In this document: piece after piece, positions 29,234 to 36,025 of the stretch
Position numbering within the stretch: the stretch's first letter is position 1
Layout of the letters: each line of letters starts with the position of its first letter
Assembly: GCA_035562535.1 (NCBI GenBank)
Contig: DATMWM010000237.1
Coordinates: forward strand, 1-36,025
Length of the DNA stretch: 36,025 nt
Direction: 5' to 3'
DNA from: Rhodocyclaceae bacterium
GTDB taxonomy: Bacteria > Pseudomonadota > Gammaproteobacteria > Burkholderiales > Rhodocyclaceae
Position numbers and translations under genes: made by a program
Notes under the pieces: model-generated
Databases searched by the model: none
Told to the model about the DNA's origin: nothing
The model's input: only the letters and a program-made list of their open reading frames with translations

Positions 29234-29626
29234 TCAGGCGGCGAGCAGGGCGCGGATCTGCGGCTCGCTGCGCGGACCGAGCAGCAGGTCCTTGAGCACG
29301 CCGCCCTCGACCACGGCGAGCGAGGGCGTCGCCATGACGTGGAAACGGCGCGCCAGGTCCATCGACTCGGCGACGTTGACCTTGACCACGTCCCGGCGCT
29401 CGGCCGCCAGCCGGTCGATCACGACCGTCATCGGGCGGCACATGCCGCAGCTCGGGCTCCAGAAGTACACCAGCAGCCGCTTCGCGCCGCGCTGGCCCTC
29501 GTCCAGCAGGGCGTCGAGTTCGGGCACCGCCCGGCCGCGGGCCTGGCGCGCCCGCAGGAACGGGATCAGCTGCATGGTGATCATGGCGGCGATGACGCCG
29601 ACCACGAGGTATCCCCAGAAGTCCAT
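29234..29626 (-). CDS. Membrane-anchored thioredoxin-like protein (CGMC active site)
   Basis: 130 aa from the ATG at 29626. N-terminal TM helix (FWGYLVVGVIAAMITMQLIPFL), then RARQARGR, then a thioredoxin fold with LLVYFWSPSCGMCRP. The track ORF 29234..30649 is a read-through artefact. Confidence 0.85.
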   Translation of the reverse strand: MDFWGYLVVGVIAAMITMQLIPFLRARQARGRAVPELDALLDEGQRGAKRLLVYFWSPSCGMCRPMTVVIDRLAAERRDVVKVNVAESMDLARRFHVMATPSLAVVEGGVLKDLLLGPRSEPQIRALLAA

Positions 29627-29742
29627 TTGCGTTGCCTGTCGCGGGTGATTGTTCGGCCCGCGCAGTCTAGCCGAGCGGCGTCCCGGCGCCAATCGACTTC
29701 GGCCCCGACCGCACCAGGGCGAGCCGCGAAAGCCGGCTCCGA

Positions 29743-30447
29743 TCAGGGCGGCGGCGGGGCGGGCTCCGCGGCTGGCCCCGCTTGCTTTTCCCCCTGCTCG
29801 GCCGCCTTCTCCGCCTGCTTGCGCTGCTTCTCGGCCTTGCGCCGGTCGATCTCCTCGGCCTGCCGGCGCGCGGCCTCGGCCCGCTGGCGGGCCTTGGCCT
29901 CTTTCTCCTGCCGCGCCCGGGTACGCTCGGCATCCAGGCGGCTGCGCTCGGCCGCCTGCTGCGCCGCCCGGGCCTCGCCTTCCTGCAGCCGGCGCTGGCG
30001 CTCGGCGTCCTGCCGTGCGTCTTCCTGGGCGCGTTCCTCGGTGGTCGCCCGGCCCTGCCCGGCGGCCTGCTCCTTCTCCAGGGCGCGCCGCTGCCGCTCC
30101 AGATCCTTCACGGCGTGCTCCCGGCGGGCGGCGTCCCGCTGCAGCTCGGCGGCGCGCGCCTCGAGCTGCCGGGCCTCCCTGACCGCCTCGACGTGCGCCT
30201 TCTTCGCCTTGTCCAGGCAGGCGCTCACCAGGAACTTGCCGTAACACTCGCGTTGAGCCTGCTCGTATCGAGCGTCGGCTTCCTGCTGCTGGCGCTTGCC
30301 CTGCTCCTTGAGGCGCTGGGCTTCGTCGAGCAGCAACCTGTGCTCGTCGGCCGCGGCCGGCGCGGCGTCGGCGGGGGCCGGCTCGCCATACACGGGCAGG
30401 ATTGCGGCCATCTGGGCGGCCAGCAGGAACGCGAGCCTTGCCAGCAT
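29743..30447 (-). CDS. Hypothetical secreted Arg/Glu/Gln/Ala-rich coiled-coil protein
   Basis: 234 aa. GGAGG lies 6 nt upstream of the ATG. Signal-like N-terminus MLARLAFLLAAQMAAILPVYG. One Cys pair (RECYGKFLVSAC). Long charged heptad-like region. A mirror ORF of equal length on the + strand (29782..30486) is Leu/Gly/Pro-rich and judged antisense noise. Confidence 0.6.
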   Translation of the reverse strand: MLARLAFLLAAQMAAILPVYGEPAPADAAPAAADEHRLLLDEAQRLKEQGKRQQQEADARYEQAQRECYGKFLVSACLDKAKKAHVEAVREARQLEARAAELQRDAARREHAVKDLERQRRALEKEQAAGQGRATTEERAQEDARQDAERQRRLQEGEARAAQQAAERSRLDAERTRARQEKEAKARQRAEAARRQAEEIDRRKAEKQRKQAEKAAEQGEKQAGPAAEPAPPPP

Positions 30448-30478
30448 CGGAGCCTCCGTGAGATTGGGGTCGGGCGCA

Positions 30479-30484
30479 TAAAAT
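30479..30484 (+). promoter_or_regulatory. Candidate -10 element (TAAAAT) for yheS
   Basis: gcgcaTAAAATagcgcgc is the only AT-rich hexamer in the 83-bp divergent spacer, 47 nt upstream of the yheS start. The -35 is weak. Confidence 0.25.
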
Positions 30485-30530
30485 AGCGCGCTTCGACCAC
30501 CCGCGGTGCCGTCCGCCGCCGTTCGCCAAA

Positions 30531-32435
30531 TTGATCACCCTGCGCAACCTCAGCCTCGCCCGCGGCGGAAAGCTGCTGATCGAAGGTGCCGCCTGCCAGA
30601 TCCACGCCGGCCAGAAGGTCGGCGTGGTCGGCGCCAACGGCTGCGGCAAGTCGAGCCTGTTCGCCCTGATCCTGGGCGAGCTTCATGCAGAGGCCGGTGA
30701 GCTGGAACTGCCGCCCGGCTGGGTGGTGGCCCACGTCGCCCAGGAGACGCCGGCGGACGCGAGGACTGCGATCGACCACGTGCTCGACGGCGACGCGGAG
30801 CTGCGGCGCGTCGAATCCGAAGTGGCGGCTGCCGAGCACACGCACGACGGCGAGGCGATCGGGCTGGCGCACGAGCGGCTGCACCAGATCGGCGGCTATG
30901 GCGCGCGCGCCCGGGCCTCGGCCCTGCTGCACGGCCTGGGGTTCGCGGACCGGGACGCCGGGCGCCCGGTGTCCTCGTTCTCGGGCGGCTGGCGGGTGCG
31001 GCTGAATCTGGCGCGCGCCCTGATGTGCCGCTCCGACCTGCTGCTGCTGGACGAGCCGACCAACCACCTGGACCTGGACGCGGTGATCTGGCTCGAACAG
31101 TGGCTGAAGGGCTATCGGGGAACGCTGCTGCTGATCTCGCACGACCGGGATTTCCTCGACGCCGTGGTCGGCACGGTCGCCCACATCGAGGCTAGGATGC
31201 TGCGGCTGTATGCCGGCAACTACTCGGCCTTCGAGTCGGCGCGCGCCCAGCAGCTGGCCACGCAGCGGGCGATGTTCGAGAAGCAGCAGCGCGAGATCGC
31301 CAAGCTGCACCGCTTCATCGACCGCTTCCGCGCGAAGGCGACCAAGGCACGCCAGGCGCAGAGTCGGATCAAGGCGCTGGCGCGGCTGGAGGACGTGGCG
31401 CCCGCCCACGTGGATTCGCCCTTCGAATTCTGCTTCGAGGAACCGCTGGCGAGCCCTGACCCGCTGATCCTGCTGGAGGACGTCGCGCTCGGCTACGGCG
31501 AGGCGCCGGTGCTCGAAGGGCTGCGGCTGACGCTGCGCCCGGGCGAGCGCATCGGGTTGCTCGGGCGCAACGGCGCCGGGAAATCGACCCTGATCAAGTG
31601 CCTCGCCGGGGAACTGGAGCCGCTGCGCGGCCAGCGGCTGGACGGCAGGGGGCTGGCGGTCGGCTATTTCGCCCAGCACCAGCTGGAGCAGTTGAGGCCG
31701 GACGAGAGTCCGCTGCAGCATCTGATGCGCGCGGAGCCGGCGACCCGGGAGCAGGATCTGCGGGACTTTCTGGGCGGATTCGACTTCCGGAACGACATGG
31801 CGCTGGCCCCCGTGGGCAGGTTTTCCGGGGGCGAGAAGTCACGCCTGGCGCTGGCGCTGCTGATCCGCCGGAGGCCGAACCTGCTGCTGCTCGACGAGCC
31901 GACCAACCATCTCGACCTTGAAATGCGCCACGCCCTGACCGTGGCGCTGTCGGAGTACGAAGGCGCGGTCGTGCTGGTCTCGCACGACCGCCATCTGCTG
32001 CGCTCGGCCGTGGATCGCTTCCTGCTGGTGGCCAACGGTCAGGCCTTGCCTTTCGACGGCGACCTGGACGACTACCGCGCCTGGCTCGAATCGGTCGACA
32101 CGTCCGGGCGCGACGACGACGGCGGCGGAGCCGCGACCGCACCGAGCCGCAAGCAGCAGCGCCGGGAGGAAGCCGAGGCGAAGGACAGGCGGGCGGCGCA
32201 GATCAGGCCCCTGCGCCGCGAACTCGGGGCCGTGGAAAAAGACTTGGAATCGCTGGGCAGCGAGAAGGCCGTCCTCGACACCCGCCTGGCGGACCCGGCG
32301 GCTTACGCCGGCAGCGACCGGGTCGCGCTGCAGGAAAACCTCAAGCGGCAGGCGGAACTCGCGCGCCTGATCGAGGCGGCCGAGGAGCGCTGGCTGGAAT
32401 TGCAGCAGCGTATCGAGGAGTTCGAGGCGCCTTAA
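30531..32435 (+). CDS. yheS: ABC-F family ATPase, YheS-like (translation-associated)
   Basis: 634 aa with two ABC cassettes (GANGCGKSS / FSGGWRVRLNLA; GRNGAGKST / FSGGEKSRLALA) and a charged C-terminal coiled-coil. It is collinear with E. coli YheS from residue 1, which requires the TTG start at 30531. No obvious SD. Confidence 0.92.
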   Translation: MITLRNLSLARGGKLLIEGAACQIHAGQKVGVVGANGCGKSSLFALILGELHAEAGELELPPGWVVAHVAQETPADARTAIDHVLDGDAELRRVESEVAAAEHTHDGEAIGLAHERLHQIGGYGARARASALLHGLGFADRDAGRPVSSFSGGWRVRLNLARALMCRSDLLLLDEPTNHLDLDAVIWLEQWLKGYRGTLLLISHDRDFLDAVVGTVAHIEARMLRLYAGNYSAFESARAQQLATQRAMFEKQQREIAKLHRFIDRFRAKATKARQAQSRIKALARLEDVAPAHVDSPFEFCFEEPLASPDPLILLEDVALGYGEAPVLEGLRLTLRPGERIGLLGRNGAGKSTLIKCLAGELEPLRGQRLDGRGLAVGYFAQHQLEQLRPDESPLQHLMRAEPATREQDLRDFLGGFDFRNDMALAPVGRFSGGEKSRLALALLIRRRPNLLLLDEPTNHLDLEMRHALTVALSEYEGAVVLVSHDRHLLRSAVDRFLLVANGQALPFDGDLDDYRAWLESVDTSGRDDDGGGAATAPSRKQQRREEAEAKDRRAAQIRPLRRELGAVEKDLESLGSEKAVLDTRLADPAAYAGSDRVALQENLKRQAELARLIEAAEERWLELQQRIEEFEAP

Positions 32436-32447
32436 GCCGCGGCCGTT

Positions 32448-32591
32448 TCAGCGCTGCACGGTATCGCGTGCGCGCAAGGCGTAGGCGACCACGCCCAGCC
32501 CGAGGGCGCCCAGGGTGTAGGAGTCGGGCGAGCCGGCAATTGCGCTGGCCAGCGCGGCGACGAGAAAGAACGGACCTGCGTACTTGGACAT
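32448..32591 (-). CDS. Hypothetical 47-aa small membrane protein (below the ORF-track length cut-off)
   Basis: The minus strand reads GGAGGGGAAA-ATG. The product is MSKYAGPFFLVAALASAIAGSPDSYTLGALGLGVVAYALRARDTVQR. 41 of 47 third codon positions are G/C by hand count. Two short hydrophobic segments. Stop TGA at 32448..32450. Confidence 0.5.
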   Translation of the reverse strand: MSKYAGPFFLVAALASAIAGSPDSYTLGALGLGVVAYALRARDTVQR

Positions 32592-32715
32592 TTTCCCCTC
32601 CGACCGGTAATAGATCCGCCTGCATCGGACGGATCTTTCAACTGCATCTTTAGCACCTTGGCGTTACGAATTGAAGAAAATTTTTCGGTTCGCTCTATAA
32701 AGCGTGCAAATTCAT

Positions 32716-32741
32716 AAAAAACGGGCGCCCGAAGGCGCCCG
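32716..32741 (-). terminator. Rho-independent terminator of the porin-glnK-amtB operon
   Basis: The minus strand reads CGGGCGCC-UUCG-GGCGCCCG (8-bp GC stem, tetraloop) followed by UUUUUU. It lies 24 nt downstream of the amtB stop. Confidence 0.85.
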
Positions 32742-32764
32742 CAACAGTCACAGTGGAGGAAGAC

Positions 32765-34276
32765 TCAGATGTGGTACGCGCTCTCGCCGTGGGCGGTGAT
32801 GTCCAGGCCTTCGCGCTCCTCGTCCTCGGGCGCCCGCAGTCCGATCACCAGGTCGACGATCTTGTAGGCCACGATGGAGACCACGGCCGACCAGACGATC
32901 GCCGTGCCTACCGCCCAGAGCTGGCTGATCACCTGCGCGGTCATGTCGAAGTCGCCGACCTTGTTGGCCACGTAGTCGTACACCCCGGTGCCGCCCAGGG
33001 CCGGCGAGACGAACACGCCGGTCAGGATGGCGCCGAGTATTCCGCCCACGCCATGAACGCCGAAGACGTCCAGCGCGTCGTCCGCGCCGAGCAGACGCTT
33101 CAGGCCATTGACGCCCCACAGGCAGACAACGCCCGCGGCCAGGCCGATCACCAGCGCTCCCATCAGGCCGACGAAACCGGCCGCCGGGGTGATTGCCACC
33201 AGACCGGCGACCGCGCCGGACGCGGTACCCAGCATCGAGGGCTTGCCCTTGATCATCCATTCGGCGAACAGCCAGGACAGGGCGGCCGCAGCCGTGGCGA
33301 AGAGCGTGTTGGCGAAGGCCATGGCGGCCAGGCCGGTGGCTTCGAGGTTGGAGCCGGCGTTGAAGCCGAACCAGCCCACCCACAGCAGCGAGGCGCCGAT
33401 CATGGTGGTGGTCAGGCTGTGCGGTGCCATCGATTCCTTGCCGTAGCCGACGCGCTTGCCGATCATGTAGGCGCCGATCAGGCCGGCCACGCCGGCGTTG
33501 ATGTGCACCACGGTGCCGCCGGCGAAGTCCAGCGCGCCCTTCTGGAACAGGAAGCCCGCCGTGGCCAGCGCCTTCTCGCCCGCTGCGGCGTCGGTGTAGG
33601 CGTCCGGACCCGCCCAGTACCACACCATGTGGGCGATCGGCAGGTAGGAGAACGTGAACCAGATCAGCATGAACAGCAGCACCGCCGAGAACTTGATGCG
33701 CTCGGCGAAGGCACCGACGATCAGGGCGGGCGTGATAGCCGCGAAGGTGGCCTGGAAGACGATGTAGACGTACTCGGGGATCACCACGCCCTTGCTGAAG
33801 GTGGCCGCCACCGATTCTGGCGTGACGCCCTTCAGGAACAGCTTGTCCAGGCCGCCGATGAAGGGGTTGCCTTCGGTGAAGGCGACGCTGTAGCCGTAGA
33901 TCGCCCAGAGCAGCACCATCATCGAGAAGACGACGAACACCTGCATCAGCACCGAGAGCATGTTCTTCGAGCGCACCAGTCCGCCGTAGAACATCGCCAG
34001 TCCTGGGATGGTCATCAGAATGACCATCGCGGTGGCCACCAGCATCCAGGCGGTGTCGCCCTTGTTCGGGGTGGGGGCAGGGGCAGGAGTGGCCTCGGCC
34101 GGGGCAGCCGCGGCGGCAGCGGCCGGAGCTGGCGCCGGTGCCTCGGCAGCCATTCCGGCCATGCCGGCCTGGGTCGCAGCAGGCGCCGCCGGTTCGGCGG
34201 GTTTGTCCTGGGCCAGCGCGGCGCCGCTCAGACCGAGCACGCAGGCGGCCAGGAAGATCGCAAACAGCTTTCTCAT
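32765..34276 (-). CDS. amtB: Ammonium transporter AmtB with an Ala/Pro-rich N-terminal extension
   Basis: 503 aa. Signal peptide MRKLFAIFLAACVLGLSGAALA, about 45 aa of A/P-rich low complexity, then a canonical Amt core (AGGTVVHINAGVAGL, DDALDVFGVHGVGGILG). AGGAGAA SD. Confidence 0.95.
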   Translation of the reverse strand: MRKLFAIFLAACVLGLSGAALAQDKPAEPAAPAATQAGMAGMAAEAPAPAPAAAAAAAPAEATPAPAPTPNKGDTAWMLVATAMVILMTIPGLAMFYGGLVRSKNMLSVLMQVFVVFSMMVLLWAIYGYSVAFTEGNPFIGGLDKLFLKGVTPESVAATFSKGVVIPEYVYIVFQATFAAITPALIVGAFAERIKFSAVLLFMLIWFTFSYLPIAHMVWYWAGPDAYTDAAAGEKALATAGFLFQKGALDFAGGTVVHINAGVAGLIGAYMIGKRVGYGKESMAPHSLTTTMIGASLLWVGWFGFNAGSNLEATGLAAMAFANTLFATAAAALSWLFAEWMIKGKPSMLGTASGAVAGLVAITPAAGFVGLMGALVIGLAAGVVCLWGVNGLKRLLGADDALDVFGVHGVGGILGAILTGVFVSPALGGTGVYDYVANKVGDFDMTAQVISQLWAVGTAIVWSAVVSIVAYKIVDLVIGLRAPEDEEREGLDITAHGESAYHI

Positions 34277-34286
34277 CGTCGTTCTC

Positions 34287-34637
<351 letters not shown>

Positions 34638-34645
34638 TCAAAGGG

Positions 34646-34664
34646 CGGGCGCTCGTGGCGCCCG
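34646..34664 (-). other. GC hairpin in the porin-glnK spacer (possible partial terminator or processing site)
   Basis: CGGGCGC-N5-GCGCCCG (7-bp stem) is followed on the minus strand by CCCUUUG. The U-tract is weak, so read-through into glnK is expected. Confidence 0.3.
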
Positions 34665-34685
34665 GCCCGTGTTCAGTCTCGATGA

Positions 34686-35558
34686 TCAGAAGGTCTTCTT
34701 GAACCAGGCGGTGAACTGGGCGTCGGCGATGTTCTTCGGAAACACGCCGGTGGTCGTCACGCCGCCCGCGGAGCACTCGTCGCTCGTGGAACCGTAGCCG
34801 CAGTTGTTCGCGCTGCTGGTGTCCGTATACATCACGCCCACCTCGGCGCCCCCGAGCATCTTGGAAACCTTGCCCAGGTCGTAGGCGGCGCTGATCCGCC
34901 AGTCGTTGTACGAGTACAGCTCATCGTTCGAGGCGCCGCCGACGTTGCGCTCGTCGGTCCCGCGGAACTGCTGCATGCCGTAGTGCGCGCCCAGGGTCAG
35001 GCCGGTGTCGGCGACCGGGAAGACGAAGCCGAGGTCCCAGTATCCAGTGCCTTGGGCGTCCTTGACCGCGAAGGCCTTGTTGGAAATCACATACGAGTAC
35101 TTGAGCGAGAACCACTTCCAGCCGAGGCCGGCGTACATTTCGAGGGTGTCGCCCTTCGCGCCGGACGGCGTCGTGTCGCCGGGGTACCAGTACTGCAGAA
35201 GGCCGAGATCGAAGGTGAAGTCGCTGGCAAAGGAGCCCTTGTAGCCGCCGTAGAAGTCGAGTTCGAGGCTGCCTCCCGAGGCGTATTGGCCGCCGTCCTT
35301 GAGCCAGCTGATGTTCGAGCCCCAGGTTCCCAGATAGAAGCCGCTGGCGTGCGCGTAGTCGAATCCGCCCTGCAGGGCCGGATCTTCGTTGGTCTGGGTC
35401 AGGCCGCGGAAGATGTACTGGCTGTACAGCCCGACGTTGCCGGTCAGGGTGTGCGGGCTGGCCGGCTCGGCGGCCGGCGCGGTCTGCGCCATGGACGCGG
35501 CCGGAAGGGCCAGGGCGGCGAGAACCGCGGCGGAAATAAGGGTATTGCGCGTTTGCAT
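34686..35558 (-). CDS. TorF-family (TIGR02001 / Gcw_chp) putative outer-membrane porin
   Basis: 290 aa from the ATG at 35558 (AGGAGA SD). Signal peptide MQTRNTLISAAVLAALALPAASMA. LTGNVGLYSQYIFRGLTQTNEDPALQGGFDYAHASGFYLGTWGSNISW matches the family signature as I remember it. Alternating beta-strand pattern and a C-terminal ...FKKTF. The track start at 35711 is upstream of the promoter and is rejected. Confidence 0.85.
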   Translation of the reverse strand: MQTRNTLISAAVLAALALPAASMAQTAPAAEPASPHTLTGNVGLYSQYIFRGLTQTNEDPALQGGFDYAHASGFYLGTWGSNISWLKDGGQYASGGSLELDFYGGYKGSFASDFTFDLGLLQYWYPGDTTPSGAKGDTLEMYAGLGWKWFSLKYSYVISNKAFAVKDAQGTGYWDLGFVFPVADTGLTLGAHYGMQQFRGTDERNVGGASNDELYSYNDWRISAAYDLGKVSKMLGGAEVGVMYTDTSSANNCGYGSTSDECSAGGVTTTGVFPKNIADAQFTAWFKKTF

Positions 35559-35603
35559 GATGAATTCTCCTGGTCGGTGTCGAAAGTGAGACAGCGATTC
35601 ATT

Positions 35604-35620
35604 GGCAGGAAGCGTGCCAA
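35604..35620 (-). promoter_or_regulatory. Sigma54 (-24/-12) promoter of the porin-glnK-amtB operon
   Basis: The minus strand reads TTGGCACgcttcCTGCc against consensus TGGCAC-N5-TTGCA. Spacing is exact. The -12 element lies about 45 nt upstream of the porin ATG. Confidence 0.75.
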
Positions 35621-35706
35621 GCGTGCAAAAGGCTTTCGATACAGATAGATAATGGAATATCGGCAGCTCGCCGAGACTGTTGCTGCAGCGCAACGCCCCG
35701 GATTGA

Positions 35707-35742
35707 TGCACCGTAAAGGCGCACGCGCACCGCCAAGGTGCG
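35707..35742. promoter_or_regulatory. Two tandem NtrC-type enhancer dyads
   Basis: TGCACCgtaaaGGCGCA (35707..35723) and cGCACCgccaaGGTGCg (35726..35742) compare with consensus TGCACC-N5-GGTGCA at 11/12 and 10/12 half-site positions. They lie roughly 100-140 bp upstream of the sigma54 element. An AT-rich patch at about 35640..35670 lies between them and the promoter. Confidence 0.7.
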
Positions 35743-35829
35743 TTTCTTGGAACCCTGTCGCGTTAAGGCAACAGGAATGATTGGCGGTAGCGCTGTGCTA
35801 CACTCGCTCGCCCCTCGTGAGGATCCCTC

Positions 35830-36025
35830 ATGTTGAATCCGAACATCCTGGACGAAATCAGCCGCCGGCTCTCCGAGCTGGTCGCCGCCACGCCCGCCAA
35901 AGACGTCGAAAAGAACGCGAGGGCGATGCTGTCCAGCCTGTTCGCCCGCCTGGATCTGGTCACCCGCGAGGAGTTCGACGTGCAGCGGGAAGTGCTCGCC
36001 CGCGCCCGCGAGCGTCTCGCAGTCT
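35830..36025 (+). CDS. ubiK: Ubiquinone biosynthesis accessory factor UbiK (YqiC/BMFP family), N-terminal part; continues beyond the window
   Basis: ATG at 35830 (GAGGA 8 nt upstream). MLNPNILDEISRRLSELVAATP...LFARLDLVTREEFDVQREVLARARERLA parallels E. coli YqiC ([27 protein letters not shown]). It is absent from the track because no stop lies in the window. Confidence 0.85.
   Translation, partial: MLNPNILDEISRRLSELVAATPAKDVEKNARAMLSSLFARLDLVTREEFDVQREVLARARERLAV

Noticed and set aside
29782-30486. 234-aa + strand ORF, the exact mirror of the coiled-coil protein gene
   Set aside because: It starts with TTG and encodes Leu/Gly/Pro/Ala low complexity. The minus-strand reading has a GGAGG SD, a signal peptide and G/C-ending codons. 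The strand choice is still only moderately confident.

Overview
GC-rich window (roughly two-thirds G+C by eye, not computed) of compact core chromosome. Gene content and order suggest a betaproteobacterium (inference). I call 37 protein-coding genes, two of them running off the window ends. I found no rRNA, tRNA, CRISPR array, transposase, integrase or phage genes. Left to right: Crp/Fnr regulator (3' part); rodA-mrdA-mreDCB (minus strand); gatC-gatA-[lipoprotein]-gatB; a secreted DUF4124-like protein; pyrE; xthA; yqjD/yqjE/yqjK-like trio; ampG; metW-metX; a 600-bp non-coding spacer; prkA(yeaG)-yeaH-spoVR(ycgB); ptsI-ptsH-EIIA(Man) without permease genes; a minus-strand run of thioredoxin-like gene, TaqI-like adenine methyltransferase, gshA, gshB, apbE and a 66-aa ORF; a secreted coiled-coil protein; ABC-F yheS; a 47-aa ORF missing from the track; TorF-family porin-glnK-amtB; start of ubiK. 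Many gene pairs overlap by 1-4 nt (ATGA/GTGA/TGATG), which supports these operons. I did not find a clear, self-contained novel system; this looks mostly like housekeeping DNA. The best leads are: (1) an uncharacterised outer-membrane porin as first gene of a glnK-amtB operon, behind a textbook sigma54 promoter with two NtrC dyads; (2) the enigmatic prkA-yeaH-spoVR module, with a sigma54-like promoter, upstream palindromes and an unusual heptad inverted repeat between prkA and yeaH; (3) a Cys-rich lipoprotein gene translationally coupled inside gatCAB; (4) an orphan TaqI-like m6A methyltransferase inside a thiol-redox gene run. The very long antisense ORFs in the track (up to 1485 aa) are treated as GC-driven artefacts.
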